From Deferrisomatales bacterium (GTDB lineage: Bacteria; Desulfobacterota; Deferrisomatia; Deferrisomatales; JACRMM01), in NCBI GenBank assembly GCA_033551855.1, contig JAWSUI010000015.1, positions 13,337 to 77,336 on the forward strand: a stretch of 64,000 bases of DNA, given 5' to 3'. The translations under genes were made by a program, and so were the position numbers. The notes under the pieces are model-generated. The model searched no databases, was not told where the DNA came from, and saw nothing but the letters and a program-made list of their open reading frames with translations. The number at the start of each line of letters is the position of its first letter. The stretch's first letter is position 1. Shown piece by piece: positions 28,463 through 39,648 of this stretch.

Positions 28463-28678
28463 ATTCAAGGAATGGGGGTTTCTTTATAGGGAACCGGCAA
28501 TGCCGGCGACCCGGAACGCCGTCGGGTCCTGGGAAGGCGCGGCGCCACCCCTCCCGCGTTCCGATCGCCGACGGGTCGTCGAACAGCCCCGCTTCCTCGC
28601 ACGCGAACGTCAGGGCCGCGAAGGCCACCCACCGCGGGTTCCACTTTCCGGAATCCCGGGCCGGGACGCCGACCCTCG

Positions 28679-29698
28679 TCAGGCCGCCCCTTGCGCTAGC
28701 GCGTACTGCCCGAGCGCGGTGGCGAGCGCGCACTCGACCTCCTCGCGCAGGTCCTCCGGGGCCAGGACCTCGGCGTTCGCCCCGAAGCCCAGGACCCACG
28801 AGACGACCTCCGTGGGGCTCGTCGCGGTGAACCCCAACTCCACGCAGCCGGCCCCCGGTTCGGAGAACGTCTGGTCGGCGCTCCAGACCCGCTCCTTCGC
28901 GAACCCCGCGGCCCACCCCCGCAAGCGCACCCGCACCCGGAAGGGCTCCCCCGAGACCACGCCGAAGAACGGCGCGCCTTCCCCCTCGCCCTCCTCCGGA
29001 GGGAAGGTGCGCTTGGTCGGCTCCAGGTCCTCGATGCGGTGCACCGCGAGGAGCATGTCGTCGTGGTCCGGATTGCCCTCCCCGTCCTCCGAGACGTAGG
29101 AGCAGCGCACGTAGAGGGTGTCCCGATAGGACACGAGCCGCCTGGGGGCCACCGCGTAGGTCGCGGGCCCGTCACGGGCGGGGGAGCGGTAGGTCACCCG
29201 GCAGACGCGGTGCTCCGCGAGGGCGAAGAGCAGGCTCTCCAGGATCTCCTGCCGGGGGGAGTAGTCGATGGAGCCGCGCGCCCGCACGAGGCCCCCGAGG
29301 GCGTGGGCCGCCTCGGCTTGGCCCATCCGGGGAAGGAGCGTCGCGGCGGTTGCGATCGCCTCGGAGACGTCGTGGCGCAGCCCCTCGGGAAGGAGGTGCG
29401 CCGAGAGGTCCCGGCACAGCGTGAGGTTCTGGAGGTCGGTCGGCGAGAGGGTCAGGCGGGGGCGCTGCTCGAGGGGCACGGCCTGGAACCACTTCCGGCC
29501 CCCCTCGAACCAAGTGTGGACGACGCCGGCGCCGCTGGCGTTGATCTGGTCCGCCATCGCCGACACGGTCTGCTTGGAGCAGTCGAGCTCCTGGGCGAGC
29601 TGGGGGAGCGAGTACTTGCGGCCCGTGAAGAAGAGGAGCCGGAAGAGCCGCAAAATCCGCTCGGACCGCGTCGTGTCCGCGTCGTGCTTCTTCGCCAT
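28679..29698 (-). CDS. HTH-WYL-WCX transcriptional regulator (PafBC/YafY-like)
   Basis: N-terminal HTH (LAQELDCSKQTV); VTYRSP...VAP.RL..Y...LYV; AVHRI; WVLGFG..AEVLAP..LR. Confidence 0.85.
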   Translation of the reverse strand: MAKKHDADTTRSERILRLFRLLFFTGRKYSLPQLAQELDCSKQTVSAMADQINASGAGVVHTWFEGGRKWFQAVPLEQRPRLTLSPTDLQNLTLCRDLSAHLLPEGLRHDVSEAIATAATLLPRMGQAEAAHALGGLVRARGSIDYSPRQEILESLLFALAEHRVCRVTYRSPARDGPATYAVAPRRLVSYRDTLYVRCSYVSEDGEGNPDHDDMLLAVHRIEDLEPTKRTFPPEEGEGEGAPFFGVVSGEPFRVRVRLRGWAAGFAKERVWSADQTFSEPGAGCVELGFTATSPTEVVSWVLGFGANAEVLAPEDLREEVECALATALGQYALAQGAA

Positions 29699-29824
29699 GG
29701 CACCGTCCCGCACCGAGGGCATTCCGGAAAATAGAACGCCACCGGCCCATCTTCGACCGAGAGGAACGCAACCTTGAGGAGCCCGAGCCCCGCCGGCCCC
29801 GCGGTTGGAGTTGGGAGACCGGTG

Positions 29825-29995
29825 GACGGTAGATTCACATCAGAAGTGCACCACGGGAGAGGGGGCAGAGAGGAGGACATGGTGAGCGTCCGGTAGCGTC
29901 AGGTTCGCGCCAACCAACCCTCGCTCCAGGGGGTGCTCACCATGTCCTACCACCACCTTACACCGGAGGAACGCTGCGTCATCGCCCACCGTGAG
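29825..29995 (+). mobile_element. IS30-family remnant (left end plus about 17 transposase codons)
   Basis: MSYHHLTPEERCVIAH resembles an IS30 transposase N-terminus; upstream GAAGTGCACCAC end-like motif. The ORF then diverges. Confidence 0.55.
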
Positions 29996-30091
29996 CAGGG
30001 GAGCCGCCACGAATCGTCTCTCCTCCATCCTCATCACCACTCTCGGCCAGGGGGGCGGCCACGTTCGGCGCGTGCCGACGACGGCGGCCTC

Positions 30092-31197
30092 TCAGGGCCG
30101 GAGCTCGGCCAAGAGCTCCTCGATCGTCTCGTCGCCCACGGCCGGCAGCTCGGCCAGGGGGCCGGCGGCGATCTTCTCGCGGAAGCGCCCGCCGAAGACG
30201 GGTCTCGGGTCGGAGCGTAAGAGCACGCCGATGGGCAGGCGGTCCTCGCCCCACTCCCGGGTCTTGGCCAGGGCAGCCTGGGAATCGGCGGGGTCGTAGT
30301 CCCCCCCCCAGCTCGTAGACCCGCTCCTTGTACCAGCTGACCGAGTGGGGGCCCCAGGTGATGCAGGGCTGGATCACGTCCACCACCGAGAGGCCGGGGT
30401 GCCGGATGGCCCCCACCAGGAGGTCTGCGAGGTGTTCGGTCTCGGCGGCGAAGCCGCGGGCCACGAAGGTGCACCCCTGGACGATGGCGATGCCGAGCGG
30501 GTTCAGGGGCTCGAGATCCATCCCCTCGAACTGGATGCTCCGGGGCTCCCCCAGGGGAGTGGTGGGGGAGCCCTGCCCCTTGGTGAGGGCGTAGATCCGG
30601 TTGTCGTGGACCACCACCGTGAGGTTGGGGTTTCGGCGCAGCGCGTGCAGGTAGTGGTTTCCCCCCTCCCCGTAGCAGTCCCCTTCCCCCGTCACCACCA
30701 CGGTGGTGAGCTCCGGGTTGGTCACGGCGATGGCGGTGGCCGCCGGCAGGGCCCGGCCGTGGAGGCCGTTGAAGAAGGGCTCTGTTCCGATCTGTGTGGG
30801 CTGACAGGAGTAAGCGGCATCCGCCCCCTCGTGCTCCTCCCCCTTCAAGGGGGAGGTTGGGAGGGGGATGGGGTGCAGCCCCGGCGCTGGCCGGACGACA
30901 ACCCATCCCCACCCTCGCCCTCTCCTTGAAGGGGAGGGAAGTTGGATCTCGTTCGAGCGGTGTACGAGGGCGCGGGAGACGGGCCCCACACGATCCGAAA
31001 CAGAACCTGAAGAAGTTGCTCTTCACATAGTGGGGAAGCTTGGCCGCCTGCCCGATGCCGGAGACCAGACACACCCGGTGGGGCTCCAGCTCCAGGCGGG
31101 CCAGGGCGGCCCGGAACGCCTTGAGGATGGAGAAGTTCGGGCACCCGGGGCACCACTGGATCTCGGCTTCGGTCCGGAACCGCCCGTCATCGGACAT
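30092..31197 (-). pseudogene. korB: 2-oxoacid:ferredoxin oxidoreductase beta subunit, disrupted
   Basis: WCPGC, SGIGQAAK, LHGRALP, GEGD.YGEG, DNRIYALTKGQ.SPT. MITE at 30778-31007 and a +1 frameshift in the C9 run at 30301-30309. Confidence 0.88.
30778..31007. mobile_element. 230-bp MITE with 8-bp target duplication
   Basis: TSD TGAAGAAG at 30770-30777 and 31008-31015. Imperfect TIRs GGCTCTGTTCCGATCTGTGTGGG / GGTTCTGTTTCGGATCGTGTGGG. Removal restores KSNFFNGLHG. Confidence 0.88.
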
Positions 31198-32865
31198 CGA
31201 CCTGCCTCCGTATGCTCGCGCCGGTGAGGGGGAGCCCGTCGTAGCGAAGAACCTCTCCCCGGAGCCCCACCCCGTATTCGGAGCGCAGGAGGCGCGCCAG
31301 CTGGCCCGTGGCGTTGCTCTCCACGACCCAGTACCGCTTCCCCTCCGGGAACCGGTAGTCCGGAAGGGGCCACAGCTCGGTAAAGTGGATCCGGCCGGCC
31401 TCGACGCCGTCCTTTCGGAGGAGCTCCACCGCCTCCCGGATCGCCCCGCCCCCCGGGAGGAGCCCCACCCCACCAGGACGTGCGCCGCCTCGTCCACGCC
31501 CTCCTCCTCCGGGGGCTTCATCGCCCGTCGTAGAGCCCGGAGCTTGGCCAGGCGCTTTTCCATCATGGGCACCGCGGTGCCCGCAAGGTCCTCGGCAATG
31601 TGCCCGTGCTCGTCGTGCTCGTCGCTGTCCGCCGCCACCAGGTGCTCGCTCTGCCCCGGGTAGAGGCGGGGGGAGACCCCGTCCTCCGTGAGCCGGTAGC
31701 GGCGGTACTCGTCGATCTCTTCGGGGTCCGCGAGATGGGTCTCGGGGGCGGACCGGCCGAGCTCGAAGTCTTCCACGGAGAACAGGGACTCGGCGAGGAA
31801 CTGATCGGTGAGCACGATCACCGGCACTTGATACCGGTCGGCGAGGTCGAAGGCCCGCACCGCCTGATGGAAGGCATCCACCGGGTCGGACGGAGCCAGG
31901 ACCGCCTTGGGGAAGTCCCCGTGGCCGGCGTGGACGGCGAAGAGCAGATCGGCCTGAGCCGTCCGGGTGGGCAGGCCGGTGGCCGGGCCGGGCCGCTGCG
32001 CCAGCACGATCACCACAGGGGTCTCGGTCATGCCGGCCAGGCTCAGCCCTTCCGCCATGAGGGCGAAGCCCCCCCCCGAGGTGGCGGTCATGGACCGGGC
32101 CCCCGCGTAACCGGCCCCGACTGCCATGTTGATGGCGGCGATCTCGTCCTCGGCCTGCTCCACGAAGACCCCGGGGCGCTCTTGCTCCTTGGCGAGGAAC
32201 GTGAGGATGCCGGTGGACGGGCTCATCGGATAGGCGCTCAGGAACCGACACCCGGCGCGCACCGCGCCCAGGGCCAGGGCCTTGTGGCCGTCCGCCAGGT
32301 GGTAGCGGCCCCCGCTTCCGGTGAGCTTCCACGGGCAGCGATCGCCGCAGCGCTCGGCAGCCTCCCTGTATCCCGCCTCCGCGGCCTTCCGGTTGCCCTT
32401 CAGCACCTCCTCCCCCTTGGCCCCGAACCGCTTCTCCAGAACTCTCTCCAAGGGATCCAACTCCATGCCCAGGGCCGCCATCAAGGCGCCCACCGCCACC
32501 GTGTTGGCGTAGAGCTTCTTGCCCGCCTCCTCGTCGGCGAGCTGCGCGAAGGGGATACCGATCCCCCCGTCGGTTTCCTCTTCCGAGGAGATCAGGAGGC
32601 CGCCCTCGGCGAGCAGCGGCCGGTACTTCCTGGCGGCGCCCTCGTTGAGGGCGAGGAGGATGTGGGCCCCCTCCAGAGCCGCGTTCCGGGGTGCCTCCCC
32701 GATCCGGAGGGAGAAGCGGCTGTGGCCTCCCCGGATCCGCGACTCGTACTCCTGCCAGGCGAAGACCGCATACCCGTGCGCGCTCACGGTCTCCGCGAGC
32801 ACGCCGCCGATCACCTGGATGCCCTCACCGGCCGCGCCGGTCACTACGACGTTGAGGTCGTCCAC
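31187..32865 (-). pseudogene. korA: 2-oxoacid:ferredoxin oxidoreductase alpha subunit, frameshifted
   Basis: YESRIRGGH, YPMSPST, QAEDEIAA, TATSGGGF, RPGPATGLPT. A 5-bp duplication (CGCCC, 31442-31451) shifts the frame after GWGSSRGA. Confidence 0.88.
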
Positions 32866-33041
32866 TGAGCTCCTCCGCCCGCTGTCCGCGGCCCCGGCCC
32901 CCGGCGGCCTTCGCCGCGCGCTCGCCGTCCGGCGCCCCTCCACCGTCATCCCTCCTCGCTTCCGGCTGCCGCCGGCCTTCCCTCTCCATCGTTGGCCAGG
33001 AAGCGCGACCGGTCAAGGCCTCGGGCGCCCTCCGAGCGGAT

Positions 33042-33060
33042 CGGATAAAACCTTTACCCG
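33042..33060. promoter_or_regulatory. Recurrent 19-bp motif, copy 1 (CGGATAA-N5-TTACCCG)
   Basis: Similar copies at 40118, 40208, 42618, 45767 and 50545, all intergenic. Confidence 0.55.
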
Positions 33061-33249
33061 TTCGGTCCGACGCCGGGCTCCGACGCCGCAAGACTCGCGG
33101 CGCGAGCCGAATCGGCGGTGCCCCCGCCTTGCGCTCGAAGCAGTGTCTGTTATCCAAGAGATCGAGAAATCCCGAGGCGGGCACCCCCCCGGGGCGAGCT
33201 ACCCGCGACGGCTCCCCGCCGCGGTGCCCCTGGCAGAGGAGCTGCAGAC

Positions 33250-33774
33250 ATGACACAGCTCGTGGAGCGGATGCTCCGGGCGGCGAAGCTCGACCCTTCA
33301 CTCTATGAGGAGGTGGAGGCCGACCCCGCCGCCCTGGGTCAGGCACTGGGGGTGGTGGTCCTCTCCAGCGTGGCAGGGGGCCTCGGAGCGCCGGGGGTAG
33401 GGGGGGCCGCGCTCGTGGCGCTGGGGACGGTCTCCGCCCTCCTCAGCTGGTTCATCTGGGCATACCTGACCTACTTGATCGGTGTGAAGGTCATGCCCGA
33501 GCCCCAGACCCGCTCGAGCCCGGGGGAGCTCCTGAGGACCATCGGGTTCTCCAGCGCCCCGGGCCTCGTGCGGATCCTGGGTCTGATCCGGCCGCTGGCC
33601 TGGATCGTCTTCGCCGTGGCCACGGTGTGGATGCTCGCCGCCATGGTGGTCGCCGTGCGGCAGGCCCTCGACTACCGGAGCACGGGCCGTGCGGTCGGGG
33701 TGTGCGTCATCGCCTGGGCCATCCAGGCGGTGGTCCTGGCGCTCATGCTGACGGTCTTCGGAGGCGCCCCGTGA
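33250..33774 (+). CDS. YIP1-family membrane protein
   Basis: RMLRAAKLD..LYEEVEAD, ELLRTIGF..APG, VAVRQALDY.ST.RA; multiple TM segments. Confidence 0.82.
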   Translation: MTQLVERMLRAAKLDPSLYEEVEADPAALGQALGVVVLSSVAGGLGAPGVGGAALVALGTVSALLSWFIWAYLTYLIGVKVMPEPQTRSSPGELLRTIGFSSAPGLVRILGLIRPLAWIVFAVATVWMLAAMVVAVRQALDYRSTGRAVGVCVIAWAIQAVVLALMLTVFGGAP

Positions 33775-33910
33775 GCCGTGGGAACCTCCGGCACCCGGAG
33801 CGGGCCCCGGAGAGCGGAAGGCGGGCAGGTGGGAACAGCGCCCGTGGGTCCTCCCGGGTCCGGAACCGTGCCCGCAGGACCCGGAGACCGCGCAGACGCG
33901 GAGGGAACGG

Positions 33911-35794
33911 GTGAGAGAGCCGCCCCGGAGAGGGCCGAGGATTCCGAGCTGGCGGGTGATGGTCTGGTTCGTGGCCGTCTGGGTGCTGATGAGCTACTTC
34001 CTCCAGACCGCCCGTACGCCGGACCGCCTGGAGCTCTCCTACACCGACTTCCTCTCCCATCTGGAGGAGGATCGTGTCGCAGAGATCACGATCCGCGAAG
34101 ACCGGATCACGGGCACCTTTCGCGATCCGGTCTCCCCCGAGCCCGAGTCCGAGGTCGAGACGCCGGCCGAACCCCGGGAGCACACCCGTTTCGTCACCGT
34201 CATCCCCTCCTTCGGCGATCCGGACCTGTTGGGGAGCCTGCGGGAGAAGGGTGTGACCGTCCGGGCCGAGAGCTCGGCGAGCCCCTGGTACGTGGCCCTG
34301 CTGGTAAGCTTCCTCCCCTGGGTCCTCCTGATCGGGATCTTCGTCTACATGAGCCGGAAGGCCAGGGAACGCATGGGCGGCATGATGGGCGGGCAGAACC
34401 CGTTCTCCTTCGGAAAGTCCAAGGCCCGTCTCTACGAGAGGTCCGAGAGCAAGACCACCTTCGAGGACGTCGCCGGCCTGGCCAACGCGAAACGGGAGCT
34501 CACCGAGGTGGTGGAGTTCCTCAAGGAGCCCAAACGCTTTCGCTCCCTGGGGGCCGAGCTCCCCAACGGCATCCTGCTGGTGGGGCCGCCCGGGACCGGC
34601 AAGACCCTCATGGCCCGGGCTGTGGCGGGAGAGGCCGGTGTTCCCTTCCTGAGCATCAGCGGCTCCGAGTTCATCGAGATGTTCGTGGGGGTGGGGGCGT
34701 CGCGGGTGCGGGACATGTTCCAGAAGGCGAAGAAGGAGGCTCCGTCCATCGTGTTCATCGACGAGGTCGACTCCATCGGGCGGGTTCGGGGCACGGGGCT
34801 GGGGGGCGGCCACGACGAGCGGGAGCAGACCCTGAACCAGATCCTCGCGGAGATGGACGGGTTCGAGCCCCACGAATCCGTCGTGGTGCTGGCCGCGACC
34901 AACCGCCCCGACGTGCTGGACCCGGCGCTGATCCGGCCCGGGCGCTTCGATCGTCGGGTAGCCGTGGAGATGCCCCAGCGCGACGCCCGCCGGGAGATCC
35001 TCGAGATCCACACCCGGGGGGTTCCCCTGGCCGAGGGCGTGGACCTCGACGCCCTGGCCGCGCGCACCGTCGGCTTCTCCGGTGCGGACCTGAAGAACCT
35101 GGCGAACGAGGCCTCCCTGCTGGCGGCCCGAAAGAAGAAGGAGGTCGTGGACGCCGAGGACTTCGCCGAAGCCGTCGACAAGATCCGCATGGGGGTGGAG
35201 CGGGAGGACCTCCTGAACGAGGAGGAGCGAAGGATCGTCGCCTACCACGAAGCCGGCCACGCCCTGGTGGCGCGGCTTCTCCCCGGCACCGATCCGGTGG
35301 AGAAGGTCACCATCGTCCCTCGGGGGCGCTCCCTCGGGCTCACCGAGCAGGTGCCGGAAGAGGACCGCCACAACCTCAAGCGCTCCTATCTGCAGAACCG
35401 CCTCGCCGTCTTGCTGGGAGGACGGGTCGCGGAGCTGCTGGTCTTCGAGGAGCTTACCTCCGGCGCCGAAAACGATCTCGAGAACGCCACCGAGCTGGCC
35501 CGGCGCATGATCTGCCGCTGGGGCATGAGCGAGAAGCTGGGCGCCGTGAGCTACCGGCAGGGAGAGCACCACCCCTTCCTGGGTCGCGAGCTCGCCCAGG
35601 CCAAGGACTTCAGTGAGCACACGGCGCGCCTCATCGACGAAGAGGTGCACCGCACGGTCCAGGAGATGGAGGACAAGGCCGAAGATCTTCTCCGGTCGCA
35701 GCGGGACAAGCTCGATCTCCTCGCCCGGGCGCTGCTCGAGCAGGAGAGCCTTTCCCGGGACGAGCTCGACCGTCTCCTGGGGGAGGGCGGGTGA
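33911..35794 (+). CDS. ftsH: ATP-dependent zinc metalloprotease FtsH (accessory paralog)
   Basis: Two TM helices, [17 protein letters not shown] motif [24 protein letters not shown]. Confidence 0.95.
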   Translation: MREPPRRGPRIPSWRVMVWFVAVWVLMSYFLQTARTPDRLELSYTDFLSHLEEDRVAEITIREDRITGTFRDPVSPEPESEVETPAEPREHTRFVTVIPSFGDPDLLGSLREKGVTVRAESSASPWYVALLVSFLPWVLLIGIFVYMSRKARERMGGMMGGQNPFSFGKSKARLYERSESKTTFEDVAGLANAKRELTEVVEFLKEPKRFRSLGAELPNGILLVGPPGTGKTLMARAVAGEAGVPFLSISGSEFIEMFVGVGASRVRDMFQKAKKEAPSIVFIDEVDSIGRVRGTGLGGGHDEREQTLNQILAEMDGFEPHESVVVLAATNRPDVLDPALIRPGRFDRRVAVEMPQRDARREILEIHTRGVPLAEGVDLDALAARTVGFSGADLKNLANEASLLAARKKKEVVDAEDFAEAVDKIRMGVEREDLLNEEERRIVAYHEAGHALVARLLPGTDPVEKVTIVPRGRSLGLTEQVPEEDRHNLKRSYLQNRLAVLLGGRVAELLVFEELTSGAENDLENATELARRMICRWGMSEKLGAVSYRQGEHHPFLGRELAQAKDFSEHTARLIDEEVHRTVQEMEDKAEDLLRSQRDKLDLLARALLEQESLSRDELDRLLGEGG

Positions 35795-35904
35795 GGCTCG
35801 CCGGATGGGGGGGAGGCCATCGGCCGGACCCGATCCCGGCTCGGCCGCCGGGCGCGGCACGGAACGCCGGTGACCACCGGACTGCAGCGGCCTGACGGGA
35901 GCCG

Positions 35905-36115
35905 GGTTCGAGGCGGCAAGCGAAGGGGCGCAGGCAACGGTGCGGGGGCGCCTCCTCACCTTCGCCGTCGTCGGCGGAGGAGCGACGGGAGTGGAGTGCG
36001 CCGGGGAGCTGGCCGGGCTCCTCCGCGGGCCCATCGCCCGGGACTACCCCACGCTGCGCCCGCACCGCGCCCGGATCACCCTCGTGGAAGCAGGTCCCAC
36101 CCTCCTCCCCGGCAC
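35905..36115 (+). pseudogene. Type II NADH dehydrogenase-like internal fragment
   Basis: FEAA...LLTFAVVGGGATGVECAGEL...ITLVEAGPTLLP. No N- or C-terminal parts. Confidence 0.72.
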
Positions 36116-36197
36116 CCGGAGCCGGGCAAGGATCTCCTGGGCCGCCGAGCAGGCGGCCGGCGCGTCGCTCCTCGCTTCAGTACGATTCGGCTTCTCC

Positions 36198-37565
36198 TCA
36201 CGCCACCCAGACGGTCTTGATGTTCACGAACTCCCGAATGCCGAAGGCCGAGAGCTCCCGGCCGTAGCCGCTCCGCTTGATACCGCCGAAGGGGAGGCGG
36301 GGGTCGGAGCGCACGCTGGCGTTCACGAAACAGCAGCCCGCTTGGAGCTCCTCGGTGGCGAGGCTCTCCCCGATGGCCGGATCCCCGGTGAAGACCGCGG
36401 CGCCCAGGCCGAACGCGGTGTCGTTGGCCATCCGCACTGCGTCCCGGTCGTCCTTTGCCGACAGGATCGCGGCTACGGGGCCGAAGAGCTCCTCTTCGTA
36501 GGCGGGCATTCCGGACGCCACCTCGGTGAGCACGGTCGGCGGGTAGAAGAAACCGGGGCCGGCGGGAAGCTGGCCGCCCAGGAGGCAGCGGGCGCCCCGG
36601 TCCACGCTCTCGGCAACCTGGCGGTGGAGGCGCCGGCGAAGGTCTTCCCGGGCGAGGGGCCCGACGTCGGTGTCTTCCCGGAGCGGGTCACCGGTGTGGG
36701 CTGCACCCATGCCCTCCACGACGCGCGCCTCGAACTCCGCCCGCAGGCATTCCACGACGATGAGCCGCTTGGCCGCGATACAGCTCTGGCCCGAATTGGT
36801 CAGGCGGCTTTCCACGCAGGTCCTCGCCGCGGCCTCCACGTCCGCGTCGGAGAGGACCACATAGGGATCGCTCCCGCCCAGTTCCAGGACGGTCTTCTTC
36901 AGAGCCTGACCGGCCTGGCGGGCCACTTCGCGGCCGGCGCGGACGCTGCCGGTGAGGGTGACGCCCTGGACCCGAGGGTCCTCGATCAACGCCCCCACCT
37001 GCTCCACGGGCACCAGGAGCGAGCGGAAGAGGCCCTTCGGAAACCCGGCCTGCCGGAAGAGCTGCTCCAGGGCAAGGGCGCACCCCGGCACGTTGGGGGC
37101 GTGCTTGAGAAGCGCCGCATTACCGGCCATCAGGTTCGGAGCCGCGAAGCGGAAGACCTGCCAGAAGGGAAAGTTCCAGGGCATGATCGCCAGGATGGAC
37201 CCCAGGGGCTGAAAGCTCACGAAGCTGCGCGAGGCGTCGGTTGCCACCGCTTCGGGGGCAAGCTGGAGGGGGCCGCGCTCCGCAACGTACTCGCAGACCC
37301 AGGCGCACTTTTCCGCCTCGGCCCGCCCCGCGCGGACAGGTTTGCCCATCTCCTCGGCCATGAGCCGGGCATACTCGCCGGCCCGGGCCCGGAGGAGCCG
37401 GGCCGCTTCCCGCAGGCAGCGGCTGCGCTCCGGGAAGCCCGAACGGCGCCAACTCCGGAAGGCGTGCCCGGCCTCCCCGACGGCTCGTTCGAGCTCGGCG
37501 GGCGATGCCGCGGGGTACGAGCGGATGGGCCGGCCCGTGTTCGGGTTCACCGACGTGAAGGTCAA
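36198..37565 (-). CDS. NAD(P)-dependent succinate-semialdehyde dehydrogenase (Sad/GabD1-like)
   Basis: IMPWNFPFWQVFRFAAP, TGS, LELGGSDP, GQSCIAAKR, EELFGP, PFGGIKRSGYGREL. TTG start with GGAGG RBS. Confidence 0.92.
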   Translation of the reverse strand: MTFTSVNPNTGRPIRSYPAASPAELERAVGEAGHAFRSWRRSGFPERSRCLREAARLLRARAGEYARLMAEEMGKPVRAGRAEAEKCAWVCEYVAERGPLQLAPEAVATDASRSFVSFQPLGSILAIMPWNFPFWQVFRFAAPNLMAGNAALLKHAPNVPGCALALEQLFRQAGFPKGLFRSLLVPVEQVGALIEDPRVQGVTLTGSVRAGREVARQAGQALKKTVLELGGSDPYVVLSDADVEAAARTCVESRLTNSGQSCIAAKRLIVVECLRAEFEARVVEGMGAAHTGDPLREDTDVGPLAREDLRRRLHRQVAESVDRGARCLLGGQLPAGPGFFYPPTVLTEVASGMPAYEEELFGPVAAILSAKDDRDAVRMANDTAFGLGAAVFTGDPAIGESLATEELQAGCCFVNASVRSDPRLPFGGIKRSGYGRELSAFGIREFVNIKTVWVA

Positions 37566-37831
37566 GAGGCCCTCCTTCCCGTGTGTGACCGCTCCGGCAG
37601 GCCGTCCTTCGAGGGCCTGTTGGCACGACAGCGACAGTTGCGTCCGAGTCGGGCGCGGGGCCTTCCCGGAGAGCGGGCAGGCGGCCTTGGAACGCGATGC
37701 TCCGGGCGCACCGAAGGGCCGGAGGGCCGCCCCAAACCGCCTCGCGAGCTGCACTGCGCGCCGGGGTCTGGCCCGCCGGAGGGAAGGATTTACGCCGAAC
37801 GCAGGCGGAGAGCCGATCGCTCGTTGTAGTA

Positions 37832-38761
37832 TTAGCCGCACAACTGCCGGAAGAGCGCCTCCGCGTCGTCCCTCCGGCAGAGCTCGGTGCCCGGGGTGGC
37901 CAGGGCCGCGGTGCCCGCGGCCACGCCGAAGCAGAAGGCCTCTTCCACGTCCTTGCCCCGGGACAGGGCCAGCACCATGCCCGCCACGAAGCTGTCGCCG
38001 GCGCCCACGTCGCTTCGGATCTCGACCTCGGGCACGCGCACGCGCCGGTGGCCGCCCTCCCAGGTGAGGAGGGCTCCCTCGGAGCCCAAGCTCAGGGCCA
38101 GGACCCGGCAAGCTCCCTTCTCCACCAGGTCCCGGCTCGCCTCCCGGAGCGCTTCCTCGTCTTCGAGACGGCTCCCGGTCACGGCCTCGAGCTCGGTGCG
38201 ATTGGGCTTGGCCAGGTAGACCCCCTCCTCCAGGGCGGCCGCAAGGCCGGCACCCGACGAGTCCACCACCATGCGTGCCCCGCCCGTCCTGGCCACCCGG
38301 GAGACCCGGGCCCAGAAGTCCTCCGGGGCGCCGGGGGGGAGGCTGCCGCTTCCCACCAGGTAGTCCGGGACCGGGGCCCAGGCAGCCAAGAGGTCGAGAC
38401 AGCGGCGCCACTCCTCTTCCCTCACCTCCGGGCCCGGCAGAACCAGGCGGTACTCCCGGCCCGACCCGGCCTCCAGGACCACCAGACTTTCCCGAACTTC
38501 CCCCGAGATCGGCACCGGGTAGTGCTCCACACCCTCTTCGGTCAGCATCCGGCCGAGCGCCTCCCCCATGACTCCCCCCGAGTGGTAGACGGCGACCGCC
38601 TCCCCTCCCAGGTTTCGGACGGCCCGCGCCACATTGACGCCCCCGCCGCCCGGGTCTCGCCGGGGCATTCGGCACCGCAGCTTCTGGCGGGGGACCAGGC
38701 GGTCCACGGTCACGTACAGGTCCACGGCCGGGTTCGCCGTGACCGTGAGGATGGCCTTCAT
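37832..38761 (-). CDS. pfkB: 1-phosphofructokinase-family (PfkB) sugar kinase
   Basis: TVTANPAVD, PGGGGVNVAR, SGSLPPG, KPN..EL, VGAGDSF. Confidence 0.9.
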   Translation of the reverse strand: MKAILTVTANPAVDLYVTVDRLVPRQKLRCRMPRRDPGGGGVNVARAVRNLGGEAVAVYHSGGVMGEALGRMLTEEGVEHYPVPISGEVRESLVVLEAGSGREYRLVLPGPEVREEEWRRCLDLLAAWAPVPDYLVGSGSLPPGAPEDFWARVSRVARTGGARMVVDSSGAGLAAALEEGVYLAKPNRTELEAVTGSRLEDEEALREASRDLVEKGACRVLALSLGSEGALLTWEGGHRRVRVPEVEIRSDVGAGDSFVAGMVLALSRGKDVEEAFCFGVAAGTAALATPGTELCRRDDAEALFRQLCG

Positions 38762-38837
38762 GTGCCCGTCCCCGTCGCCGGGCGAACGAGGCCGGTGCAC
38801 GAGGCCGCATCCCTCTGTCCCCCCGTGCCCACCAGGC

Positions 38838-39539
38838 TCACGTCTCTCCCTCACCCAGGTAGCGGCTCTCCCGGGGTCTCAGGTCCTCTCCGAGCTCGTA
38901 CACGAGAGGGACTCCGGTGGGGATCTCCACGCCGGGGATCTCCTCGTCGGAGACCCCGTCCAGGTGCTTGATCAAGGCGCGCAGGCTGTTGCCGTGGGCC
39001 GCGACCAGGACGGCCTCCCCCCTGCGAAGCACCGGCTCCACGGTCGCCCGCCAGTAGGGAAGGACCCGCCGGACGGTGTCCTCCAGGCTCTCGGTCCGCG
39101 GCAGCTCCCAGGGCTCCAGAGATGCGTAACGGGGGTCCTTGCCGGGGAACCGCTCGTCGGTGGGGTCGAGGGCCGGAGGTCGCACGTCGTAGCTGCGGCG
39201 CCAGGTGAACACCTGCTCCTCACCCACCCGCTCGGCCATCTCTTTCTTGTTCAGCCCCTGGAGCGCGCCGTAGTGGCGCTCATTGAGCCTCCAGCTCTTG
39301 TGGACCGGCAGCCACAGGCGGTCCAGCTCATCGAGAGCCGCCCAGAGGGTCCGTATGGCGCGCTTGAGAAGCGAGGTGAAGCAGACCGTCACCTCGATGT
39401 CCGCACTCCGGAGGCGCCGGCCGGCCTCCCGCGCCTCTTCGAGGCCCTTCTCCGTGAGGTCCACGTCGGTCCACCCGGTGAACCGGTTATCCCGGTTCCA
39501 GGTGCTCTCCCCGTGGCGCAGCAGGATCAGTGTGGGCAC
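38838..39539 (-). CDS. gpmA: 2,3-bisphosphoglycerate-dependent phosphoglycerate mutase
   Basis: [43 protein letters not shown]. Confidence 0.96.
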   Translation of the reverse strand: MPTLILLRHGESTWNRDNRFTGWTDVDLTEKGLEEAREAGRRLRSADIEVTVCFTSLLKRAIRTLWAALDELDRLWLPVHKSWRLNERHYGALQGLNKKEMAERVGEEQVFTWRRSYDVRPPALDPTDERFPGKDPRYASLEPWELPRTESLEDTVRRVLPYWRATVEPVLRRGEAVLVAAHGNSLRALIKHLDGVSDEEIPGVEIPTGVPLVYELGEDLRPRESRYLGEGET

Positions 39540-39648
39540 GTCCCCAGCCCCCTTCCCGCAAGTCACTGGAACGATACGGTCTTTCCGAAAGTGTCAGGGG
39601 GGCCCCGTTCTCTCCTGCAGGCGCTGCCGGGCTATCCTGCTCTCCCCC

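Noticed and set aside
30301..30309. Phase variation or programmed frameshift in korB
   Set aside because: The gene is independently disrupted by a MITE, so simple decay or sequencing error is more parsimonious.
30034..32949. 971-aa ORF as a real korA-korB fusion
   Set aside because: It is an artefact of the korA frameshift reading into korB and then through the MITE.
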